This document shows positions 18,579 to 27,140 of a stretch of DNA of 64,000 nucleotides, one piece after another (position 1 is the stretch's first letter; each line of letters starts with the position of its first letter). This DNA is from Prevotella sp. UBA2725. GTDB lineage: Bacteria; Bacteroidota; Bacteroidia; Bacteroidales; Bacteroidaceae. The DNA lies in NCBI GenBank assembly GCA_002353825.1, contig DEKJ01000003.1, positions 17,001-81,000 on the forward strand, given 5' to 3'. A program made the position numbers and the translations under genes. The notes under the pieces are model-generated. The model saw only the letters and a list, made by a program, of their open reading frames with translations, was not told where the DNA came from and ran no database searches.

Positions 18579-20297
18579 ATGAAAAAAACATATCTGCTGT
18601 TGCTCTGCCTCTTCACCGGCATCATGGGTTATGCCCAGACGAAGGACGAGCATTATTTTAAGGTGGCGAAGAACCTCGATATCTTCAACACTATCTACAA
18701 GAACCTCGACATGATGTATGTCGACACGCTGGATGCTGACGTCACTGTCGGCACAGGTATTAATGCTATGCTCCACAGTCTTGACCCTTACACGGAGTAT
18801 TATCCGGCAAGCAAGAGCGGTGACGTGAAGATGATGCTCACGGGCAAGTATGCGGGTATCGGCTCACTCATCCGTTACAACTACAAGATTGGCCGCGTGT
18901 GCATCGATGAGCCTTACGAGAACATGCCGGCTGCTGAGGTTGGCCTGAAGAAGGGCGATATCATCCTCTCCATCGATGGTGAGGATATGACGAAGAAAGA
19001 CAATGAGTATGTCAGCAACCACCTGCGTGGCGATGCCGGCACAACCTTCGAACTGAAGATTCACCGTCCGTCAACGAACAAGGATATGAAGTTCAAGATC
19101 ACGCGCCGTGCCATCCAGTTGCCTGCCGTGACCTATTATGGCTTGCAGAAGAACGGTTTTGGCTATCTCAACCTCAATACTTTTACTGAGGGCTGTGCCA
19201 AGACGGTGCGCAATGCTATCATCGAGATGAAGGAGAAAGGCATGAAAGGACTCGTCTTTGACCTGCGCGGTAATGGCGGCGGCTCGGAGTATGAGGCTGT
19301 GAATATCGTCAACTGCTTCGTGCCTAAAGGCCGTCTCGTGGTGAGTAATAAGGGTAAGATGAGAAAGGTGAACCACGACTACTATACGGAGTCGGAGCCT
19401 GTCGACACAGTGATGCCGGTGGTGGTTCTTGTCAATGGCAACACAGCCTCGGCTGCTGAGATCACGAGTGGCTCGCTGCAGGACTTTGACCGCGGTGTTG
19501 TCATGGGTACGAAGACCTTCGGTAAGGGCCTCGTGCAGACTGTCATGGACCTGCCTTACAATGCTCAGATGAAGATGACAACGAACAAATATTATATTCC
19601 TTCCGGCCGTTGCATCCAGAAGATCAACTATAAGCACAATGCCACGGGTGGGGCAGAGGTCGTTGCCGACTCGCTGACGCATGAGTTTAAGACGCTCCAT
19701 GGTCGTATCGTACGCGACGGCGGTGGTATCATGCCTGACATTAAGGTTGAGGCTGACTCCATGCCGAACATCACTTATTATCTTGCTGCTGTGCGCGACT
19801 CCAATGAGCTCATTGACACTTGGGAGGAGAAATATATCGCTGCGCATCCTACGATTGCCAAGCCTGCAGAGTTTAAATTGACGGACGATGACTTCAACGA
19901 CTTCAAGAAGTCGGTGCTCGCCAGTTCCTTCAAATATGATGCCATGAGTGGCAAGCAGCTCGATGAGCTGGAGAAGCTCGCTAAGTTTGAAGGCTACTAC
20001 GACGATGCCAAGGCAGAGTTTGATGCGCTCCGCAAGAAGTTGCACCATAATCTTGCCAAGGATCTTGACCTCGCCAAGACGAGCATCATGCAGGTTCTGC
20101 AGAGCGATATCGTCACGGCTTACTACTATCAGCGTGGTGCAGTGGAGAATGGGTTACAAGCTGACAAACAGGTGCAGGCAGCCTTTGACCTCCTGGCTGA
20201 CAAGGCTAAGTATGACGACATATTGAAGCCGAAGCCGCAGACGATACCCATGACAAAGATTCAGCCTGCACAAAAGACCCAGAAAAAGAAAAAGTAG
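18579..20297 (+). CDS. S41 family carboxy-terminal protease
   Basis: Signal peptide, PDZ, DLRGNGGG, TASAAEI, KTFGKGLVQ. Confidence 0.95.
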   Translation: MKKTYLLLLCLFTGIMGYAQTKDEHYFKVAKNLDIFNTIYKNLDMMYVDTLDADVTVGTGINAMLHSLDPYTEYYPASKSGDVKMMLTGKYAGIGSLIRYNYKIGRVCIDEPYENMPAAEVGLKKGDIILSIDGEDMTKKDNEYVSNHLRGDAGTTFELKIHRPSTNKDMKFKITRRAIQLPAVTYYGLQKNGFGYLNLNTFTEGCAKTVRNAIIEMKEKGMKGLVFDLRGNGGGSEYEAVNIVNCFVPKGRLVVSNKGKMRKVNHDYYTESEPVDTVMPVVVLVNGNTASAAEITSGSLQDFDRGVVMGTKTFGKGLVQTVMDLPYNAQMKMTTNKYYIPSGRCIQKINYKHNATGGAEVVADSLTHEFKTLHGRIVRDGGGIMPDIKVEADSMPNITYYLAAVRDSNELIDTWEEKYIAAHPTIAKPAEFKLTDDDFNDFKKSVLASSFKYDAMSGKQLDELEKLAKFEGYYDDAKAEFDALRKKLHHNLAKDLDLAKTSIMQVLQSDIVTAYYYQRGAVENGLQADKQVQAAFDLLADKAKYDDILKPKPQTIPMTKIQPAQKTQKKKK

Positions 20298-20340
20298 GGA
20301 TTATTTGTAGCGTAAAAATGATCCGGACATAACAAATAAG

Positions 20341-20377
20341 AAAGGACCGCATGCTCTCGATAGAGCGGCGGTCCTTT
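20341..20377. terminator. Bidirectional terminator
   Basis: aaaggaccgc...gcggtccttt between convergent genes. Confidence 0.7.
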
Positions 20378-20472
20378 CTACGTTAGTATGTTATGAAAAA
20401 TTTGAGAGAATCGAAACTTCACAGTTTCTTTGTTGTTTTACTAATTGATTTATAGAGAAAGCATAGAAAAAA

Positions 20473-20967
20473 TCATTTGAGAACCGGCATCGTCGCTGGG
20501 GCATCCGGTGTAGCCAAGCTCTGCTGCAACGTGTCGACCATTGAACTGTCACCGATGGCGACATTGGTACCGTTGTCGAGCTCCGGCTTGTAATAACCGT
20601 CATAGTTACTGATAGGATCCTGATTGCTCTTAGAGAACGGCACCTGCATAGCATTGCCGAGTGTGAGCAGGATAGCTACCATAGCGGCGGCTTTGAGGAG
20701 CGGTTTGAAACGCTGCGTCATCGTGATGACGCGTGCTTTGACGGGCTTACGCTCTGCGATAGCTGCGAAGAGCTTCTCGTCAAACTCATCTCCCAATACA
20801 TCACGCTTCGCCTCCGTTGCTTCATAGCTGAACAAGGGCTTGTAACGTCTCAACTCGGCCGGGATATTCTCCTGACTGAAGAACGCGCGGAGGATGTCTT
20901 CCTCTTCCAGCGTGGTCTCACCACGCCAATAGCGCTCCAATAGCTGATTGATGTATTTATAGTCCAT
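20473..20967 (-). CDS. Anti-sigma-like single-TM protein
   Basis: YINQLLERYWRGETTLEEEDILRAFF N-terminal domain then KAAAMVAILLTLG TM segment. Confidence 0.65.
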   Translation of the reverse strand: MDYKYINQLLERYWRGETTLEEEDILRAFFSQENIPAELRRYKPLFSYEATEAKRDVLGDEFDEKLFAAIAERKPVKARVITMTQRFKPLLKAAAMVAILLTLGNAMQVPFSKSNQDPISNYDGYYKPELDNGTNVAIGDSSMVDTLQQSLATPDAPATMPVLK

Positions 20968-21049
20968 TATTTTGGTGTTTCTATATGGACGACGACGGGA
21001 CGGCTGAATAGTTACAGCCGCCCCGTATCTTTTAACATTAGTTTAATGT

Positions 21050-21265
21050 TTACTTGTCGTCGTCTTTATAGTCAGACCAAGGCTCAAACCTTTTGTATTC
21101 GAATCTCTGAGGCTGCATGGCCTCCGTATCAATGCCGTCCATGAAGCGACGCTTGCCATCAGCATGGTCGAATTCTCGATCTCTACCGCTTCCAGCCAGA
21201 ATATGCTCTGGCTCGTACGCGCGGATGATTTGAACATCCGGCTTCATATAATATTTCTTTTTCAT
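21050..21265 (-). CDS. Small protein with MKKxYxKP...LAGS N-terminus
   Basis: MKKKYYMKPDVQIIRAYEPEHILAGSG; 31 bp downstream of T9SS gene. Confidence 0.7.
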   Translation of the reverse strand: MKKKYYMKPDVQIIRAYEPEHILAGSGRDREFDHADGKRRFMDGIDTEAMQPQRFEYKRFEPWSDYKDDDK

Positions 21266-21296
21266 CTTTCTTCAATATTAATATGTCACATCATCC

Positions 21297-24200
21297 TTAA
21301 TAGACCACAACCTTCTTGCCGTTGACCACGTAGATTCCGGCTGTCAGAGAGAGTTCGGTCTGCTGACCGTTCTTGAGGCTCTTGGCGAAGACTTGTTGTC
21401 CGGAGGTGCTGAATATCTTTACGTTCACGTCGTTGTTAGCCTTGATAATCAGTCCTCCGACGATGCTCTGGATAGAGAGATTAGAGTTGGCCTCGTTTGT
21501 CACCAGGCTGATACCCGTCGTTGTCAGTTCGTCGTAGGTGATCGTGAAGGCGCTCAACTTCTTTGCATTACCTCCGTTGTTTGCAGTGCTGTAGTAAGCA
21601 CGGAACGGATAAATGTACACATAAGGACGACTTGCACTTAGATTAGATGAATTCAAGAATCTGTTGTTGGCAAAGTAATAGTAACTGCCTGACTTCGCAT
21701 ATTTCTTGCCAGAATAAGACCCTTGACAAGTGAATGTGTATGAATCACTACCGATAGTACCTGTAGAGGTTCCGCCCGTGAAAGTGTAGTCATTATTCAT
21801 TGTGCAGGTAGCGTCGTCACTTGCTGAAGGACAGGTTGCAGCTACATCTGAGCCATATTGGGTAGCGATAAACGATACAGTCTCATCGTCAGGGGCATTC
21901 GTTACCTCCACCATGTAAGGCATGTTCGGAGTTGTGCTACTGGCTGTCACGGCGTCAAACTTAGCCTTGCCGATGTAGTTGGTTGTGGTCTGAGCCTCAT
22001 TCTCGTCCAGTGTCATGCAATTGTCAGTCGTCATTTGTGAGACCTTGAAAGTGCAGGCATCCGAGGTTACGTTCGTATGTATGCCATCCTGAAGTTCGAG
22101 TGAGAAAGGCAGGATGATGCTGGCTCGTGCGACCTTACCGTTCATCGGCACCGTGATCAGTCGAGTATAAGTAGCATAGTTCTCAGCGGGCACCGTAATC
22201 TTATAAGGAGTGAAGAACGGCTGCTTGTCGGTGATGACGATGTTCTTGCAGGCGCGATAGCTTCCGCTCTGTGTCTTCTGCACGTAGTTGTCCTCGTTGT
22301 AGTTCGTACGCTCAGGGAAGAAGATGAGCACGTTGGGGTTGTACAGATTCTTGATCTCAGTCATTCTCTCCTTGCTCTCTATAGAGACTGAATAGAGGTT
22401 TGTCAGATCGAGATAGAGTACCTGTTTCTTGTCGGCATTAACCTTCTTCAATGCACTGTTCAGTGCGTTGCACATCATGTCGGTCGTCAGATAAGCTTGT
22501 GTGCTTGGGATTTCATAGCCTGATTCACCGGGATGTCCGGTCTCGTAAGCCTTGAAGACGGCACCGTACATGGGTACCTCTTTGTCGCCATCGTAGCAGG
22601 TAGCGGTGTAGAGCGTCTTCAGATCAGCATATGCGTCATAGTCTTTCTTCGTCAGCTGAATATCCATGAGGTAGTAAGCATACTTGCGGTGCTCGAGGGC
22701 TGTCGTCGGTGCAATGTTGTAGCGCGTCTCATCACCGGTGAAGAGGTAGCATTTCTTCTCACCATCAATGGCAATCTCGATATCGGTCGTGAAAGTACCA
22801 CCTTGTGAGGTATAGAGAGCTTCAGAATAAGGATACTCCACTAAAGAAGCCTCAGTGACACCTTCCGTTGTATTGGAAAGCTCAGAAGCGTTATTGTATT
22901 TGAACTCCTTATCGCCACATGCCTCTGACTTCACCTTTATGGAAGCCTCCTCATTGCCAGTAGCTGTGTACTGCTTGCCATCGCCATAACTATTATAGTA
23001 GTCAGACTTCACAAGATAGTTGCGGGAGTTACCCGTGGTACCGTGACCATAGGTCGCGTCCATGTACTTACTCGTCAAGTTTTCGAAAGAGAACTTACAG
23101 GTCTGACCGTCATCGACGAAGTCGGAGGGGACATAGAAGATGAACTCACCACCTGCGACCTGGAAGTCGTTGCTTGTGAACTGCTGGACGAGCTCCGGCG
23201 TGTTGGCCTTCGGCGACTTACACACGATGTCGAGCGTGTTGATGAAGGGGTTCAGCGCCTCCATGTTGAGGCTGTAGGTGATCAGCGCTTTCGTGCCATC
23301 TGCAAGTCCGGAGATCGTGAACTTCACAGCGTCGTTGTTCAAACCTGAGACGGAGAGAGTAGCGTTTTTATTGCTTGAGGATACATTGGCCATCTCCTCA
23401 ACATTTTCCTTGTTTGTTCCATATAAGGATATCTTAAAGTCGGACGGCGTATAGGCTGGATTCTGAGCGGATGAAGAGATCACATTCCAAGTAGTAGCAT
23501 AATCAGAGTAATACTTGCTTACAACCTGGGCATAGCTACGAACATTCGAACAAATGATATACTTATCTCCATACATTAACTGTCCATTGACAAGTTTAAA
23601 TGTAGATGCCTTAGAAGCATCGGTGGTTCCACGTAAGAAATAGTATGTATTACCTCCATAAGTAGTTGTGGATACGTATAGATAAGTGTTACCACTATAC
23701 AGTTTACCATACTTGTTCAGGTACCAGGTGACGGATGCATTATCCCATGAGCCATTGGTCTGGAGATAATAAGTTGTTGTTCCAAACCATCCATTTGAAA
23801 CTGAATAAGTTATCGTACCAATATTCCCGTCATAGGAAATCGTGGAAGCACTAGCCTTAGTACCATAGTGTCCTTTGATCGTTGCACCGGTGATACGGAA
23901 GCCGAGCGGAATGCTCTTGCCAGACTGGTCTGTGGTAGAGGTTGGAGTCTCAATATAATAGGTACCATTGCCGAGGGCATAGTACAGATTGCCACCGTTC
24001 TGCAGCGTCTGGATATTACCCGATCCAGCTGTCGTGGGCAACTTCTTGTCGCTTGTTACGGCCTCCTTCTGATAGAGGTAGTTCTCAGCCGTCAGCTCAC
24101 GCACAGCCGTGTAGTCATAGCTGAAATAGGTGGAATTGTTCTTGGTGTTGTTTGTCAGCAGACCGAGGTCGAGCTTACCTGTATTGAACGGTGTAGCGAC

Positions 24201-24887
24201 CATGTTCACTCCTTCAGAAATGATGCTGGCAGGAGATTCCGGGGTACCCTCCACGTTGAAGGCGCTCTCAGCCGTGAAATAGAGCTCGATGCTCTTGATC
24301 GTAGCAGCGTAGAAGCCGGTCGTACTATGACCAAAGTAGAAATACAGGTTGTTGGTCATGTCTGTCTCCGTCTTGCTCGTACGCTCTATGACATACTCCT
24401 TGCTGTCGGTTGCTGCGGGCATTGTGACGACGGAGGTCAGATTCGTCTGGAAGTTCTTGTCCATCTCTGCAAAGGTCTTGCTCATGGCGGTCAGCTGCAT
24501 GTTATGGAAGTTACTGCGCTTGCCGATGTTGTTGAGCAGGACAATCTTGTAACCCGTGAAACGGAATCCTTTCGGCAACGATATGCTCATGTGGGTATTC
24601 GTTGTTGTAGGTTCTCCGCCGCAGATCACATAGAGATTCTTGTTCACGGTATTATCCAGCACGATGTCTCCTGCCGGATCATAGAGGATACCCGTCTCTG
24701 TGAGCGTGGAATGGTCTGACACTAAAAGGGTAAGGGGAAGCTGCTTGTGTCTCCATAGAGAAGACCAGCCATAACTAAAGCCCACTTCATTTGTACCCGT
24801 CACACCGGCAATCAGACTACCGGAGGAGGGAGAAATGGTGACATTCTGTCCTTTTACTGGCATGAGGCTTGCCCAAAGACAGATCAT
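21297..24887 (-). CDS. Large secreted protein with T9SS type A C-terminal domain; start may lie upstream (about 24947)
   Basis: C-terminus TTGISLV...VKIFSTSGQQV...GIYVVNGKKVVVY; N-terminal hydrophobic signal ending VKGQ. Confidence 0.85.
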   Translation of the reverse strand: MICLWASLMPVKGQNVTISPSSGSLIAGVTGTNEVGFSYGWSSLWRHKQLPLTLLVSDHSTLTETGILYDPAGDIVLDNTVNKNLYVICGGEPTTTNTHMSISLPKGFRFTGYKIVLLNNIGKRSNFHNMQLTAMSKTFAEMDKNFQTNLTSVVTMPAATDSKEYVIERTSKTETDMTNNLYFYFGHSTTGFYAATIKSIELYFTAESAFNVEGTPESPASIISEGVNMVATPFNTGKLDLGLLTNNTKNNSTYFSYDYTAVRELTAENYLYQKEAVTSDKKLPTTAGSGNIQTLQNGGNLYYALGNGTYYIETPTSTTDQSGKSIPLGFRITGATIKGHYGTKASASTISYDGNIGTITYSVSNGWFGTTTYYLQTNGSWDNASVTWYLNKYGKLYSGNTYLYVSTTTYGGNTYYFLRGTTDASKASTFKLVNGQLMYGDKYIICSNVRSYAQVVSKYYSDYATTWNVISSSAQNPAYTPSDFKISLYGTNKENVEEMANVSSSNKNATLSVSGLNNDAVKFTISGLADGTKALITYSLNMEALNPFINTLDIVCKSPKANTPELVQQFTSNDFQVAGGEFIFYVPSDFVDDGQTCKFSFENLTSKYMDATYGHGTTGNSRNYLVKSDYYNSYGDGKQYTATGNEEASIKVKSEACGDKEFKYNNASELSNTTEGVTEASLVEYPYSEALYTSQGGTFTTDIEIAIDGEKKCYLFTGDETRYNIAPTTALEHRKYAYYLMDIQLTKKDYDAYADLKTLYTATCYDGDKEVPMYGAVFKAYETGHPGESGYEIPSTQAYLTTDMMCNALNSALKKVNADKKQVLYLDLTNLYSVSIESKERMTEIKNLYNPNVLIFFPERTNYNEDNYVQKTQSGSYRACKNIVITDKQPFFTPYKITVPAENYATYTRLITVPMNGKVARASIILPFSLELQDGIHTNVTSDACTFKVSQMTTDNCMTLDENEAQTTTNYIGKAKFDAVTASSTTPNMPYMVEVTNAPDDETVSFIATQYGSDVAATCPSASDDATCTMNNDYTFTGGTSTGTIGSDSYTFTCQGSYSGKKYAKSGSYYYFANNRFLNSSNLSASRPYVYIYPFRAYYSTANNGGNAKKLSAFTITYDELTTTGISLVTNEANSNLSIQSIVGGLIIKANNDVNVKIFSTSGQQVFAKSLKNGQQTELSLTAGIYVVNGKKVVVY

Positions 24888-25061
24888 TAAGATTAATGAT
24901 CCAAGGGTGAAGTGCCCCAGTCCGTGAAGTAAATTCTCATGTTTTATGTTTCTTCTAAGTTGAAATGATTATTCAAAATGTTATGTTCAGGCAATATGCG
25001 CTTTTTGCTTTCGCCGGTTGCAAAGTTAGGAGAAAAAGTCTTTGCAACTAAGTTTTTTGGG

Positions 25062-25110
25062 GGTGCAAAATGACGCAAAGCCTCAAAAAAGTGGTGCAAA
25101 ATGACGCAAA
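25062..25110. promoter_or_regulatory. 18-bp direct repeat x2 (GGTGCAAAATGACGCAAA) between divergent promoters
   Basis: Copies 25062-25079 and 25093-25110; TAACTTTG elements at 25020-25027 (-) and 25128-25135 (+). Confidence 0.6.
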
Positions 25111-25179
25111 ATCAAAAAAAACTTCATTAACTTTGTGGCATGAAACTAAGAAATTTTCCGCGCGGCTCGTCATCTTTTC

Positions 25180-26139
25180 GTGGGACGGGTAAAAGGAAGG
25201 CAAGATGAGATCCGGTTGACCGTTTATCTGCTCACTTGCATCATCCCTATCCTCGGCATGCCTATTCATTTCTTGAATCTGGCAGGCCTTCCGGACTCAT
25301 TTCTTATCACGATTTCAGCAACTTTATGGGTAACTGCTATCATAAGTCTGATCTTGTTTCTTACCCGGGTCGTTTCCCTGGTTCATTCTTTTACCGTTTA
25401 CGGAATCCTTGCGGAGCTCATGGAGAGCATCGGGCTCGTCTATATTGCTGTCACATTGCCACCGCATCATGTAATCGGTTTCTTCTCCAATATCATTTCT
25501 ATGATGACCGTCCTCCTGTTGCTGTGTATGGGTATGATGCGTTATTCGGCTTTGGTAGCTGCCATTATCGGTACTACAGCAGCAATAATCTCTACAGTTA
25601 TTCATCCCTTCAATTCATACATTCAGATGACGTGCCTTTGGGGGGTAATAGTGTTCAGTTGCATTGCCTATTCGCTCTCATTAATAAAGATGCTCAAGCA
25701 AAATGATGAGGAGACGCAAGAATACAAAACGCAGTTGAGCTCCATTCTCGACTTCTTCAATATAAGTTTGCACGAGATGTCTATACTTATCCAGCTGTGC
25801 AGTGGTAAAACGAATGATGAAGAGAATCTCAACATGTCCCATCAACTCTCCTTCCAAACAAAATATAATCTGATCGAGATCGGCAATCAGCTTAAAAATC
25901 GTCAATTGGGACAGAAAAGTGATATACAGGCCCTTTTCCCTAACCTGTCAGCTTCCGAGCAGGAGGTCTGCTACTATATTCTATTGGGGAGAACCTTGAA
26001 AGATATATCCCAACTAACTGATAAGAGCGTAAGTAATGTTAGTACGGTGCGGGGAAATATTCGTAGGAAACTGTCTTTGCAACCTTCAGACGACTTGCGT
26101 GCCTATCTTGTTAATGTCATTCAGAATAGTAGAAAATGA
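25180..26139 (+). CDS. Membrane-anchored LuxR-type regulator 1
   Basis: Multiple N-terminal TM helices; C-terminal LSASEQEVCYYILLGRTLKDISQ...VSTVRGNIRRKL HTH. Confidence 0.85.
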   Translation: MGRVKGRQDEIRLTVYLLTCIIPILGMPIHFLNLAGLPDSFLITISATLWVTAIISLILFLTRVVSLVHSFTVYGILAELMESIGLVYIAVTLPPHHVIGFFSNIISMMTVLLLLCMGMMRYSALVAAIIGTTAAIISTVIHPFNSYIQMTCLWGVIVFSCIAYSLSLIKMLKQNDEETQEYKTQLSSILDFFNISLHEMSILIQLCSGKTNDEENLNMSHQLSFQTKYNLIEIGNQLKNRQLGQKSDIQALFPNLSASEQEVCYYILLGRTLKDISQLTDKSVSNVSTVRGNIRRKLSLQPSDDLRAYLVNVIQNSRK

Positions 26140-27131
26140 AATATTTTGTTTTCATCCAACGTTACTTCAACTCTCTTCTTGAAAACCGTACTTCGGGCAA
26201 GGAAGAGCAAATCCGACTCGCTGTGTACCTCATGGCGTGTACGATGTCGATTCTCGGTTCCTTTCTTCATTTCTTTGGAGCCATTGGTGTCGTAGAATGG
26301 CCATTGCTGATGGTGTCTGTCCTTTTCTTTCTGACCACCATCCTCTTCCTGATGCTTTTCCTTACCCGCAAGACGACATTGTCTCAGTCTTTCTCCTGGG
26401 GATGCGTTACGGCTCAGGTCTTGACTGGCTTCCGGGTTGTCTATCTGTCCATAGCAAGGCCGGAAGGAGCTTTGATGGCTCTGCTTCTCAACTCCATGGT
26501 GACCTTTCTAATCCTTCTCCTCCTCTTTATGGGTAGTATTCGAAAAGCACCTGTCATCGTAATCGTACTGGGTCTTGGAACTTTTATTGCTGCTCATATT
26601 ATCAGTCCGCAACTGGTACCGGTCCCGGTAATATCTATCCTGATATTCTTGGAGTTGAGTATCTTCTTCTACTTTCTTTTCATGAACAGGTTTGTAGGAG
26701 ATTCATTCAAGACATTGGCCCTTTACAAAAGTCAGTTGACCACTGTGCTTGACTTCTTCAATATGAGTAAGGAAGAGATGGTGACGCTCATTCAGCTGTG
26801 TCGCCATCAGGGGTCTTATGAGGAGTCGATGGATATGATGAATCAGAATCTTTCTCTTCGCACAAAGCGTAATCTGATCCGTGTCGGGGAATACCTTCAG
26901 GAACCGAAGGAAGATTACATCGAAGAGTTGGGAAAACGTTTCCCCGAGCTTTCTAATACAGAACTCGAGGTTTGTCAGCTTCTCTTGAAAGGAATGACTT
27001 CCAAAGAGATAGCGACAAGCCTCGGGAAAAATCTTAGCAACATTGGAACGGTCAGGGGAAACATCCGGAGAAAGCTCAATCTGGATCTGGATGTTGACCT
27101 GAAAGCCTATTTGTCCAAGTTGATGAAATAG
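26136..27131 (+). CDS. Membrane-anchored LuxR-type regulator 2
   Basis: Paralog of previous gene; LSNTELEVCQLLLKGMTSKEIA...IGTVRGNIRRKL. Confidence 0.88.
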   Translation: MKYFVFIQRYFNSLLENRTSGKEEQIRLAVYLMACTMSILGSFLHFFGAIGVVEWPLLMVSVLFFLTTILFLMLFLTRKTTLSQSFSWGCVTAQVLTGFRVVYLSIARPEGALMALLLNSMVTFLILLLLFMGSIRKAPVIVIVLGLGTFIAAHIISPQLVPVPVISILIFLELSIFFYFLFMNRFVGDSFKTLALYKSQLTTVLDFFNMSKEEMVTLIQLCRHQGSYEESMDMMNQNLSLRTKRNLIRVGEYLQEPKEDYIEELGKRFPELSNTELEVCQLLLKGMTSKEIATSLGKNLSNIGTVRGNIRRKLNLDLDVDLKAYLSKLMK

Positions 27132-27140
27132 AGGATATTG

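Noticed and set aside
21050-21076. Engineered FLAG tag or vector contamination
   Set aside because: Only three Asp, no linker or vector sequence, and native gene context
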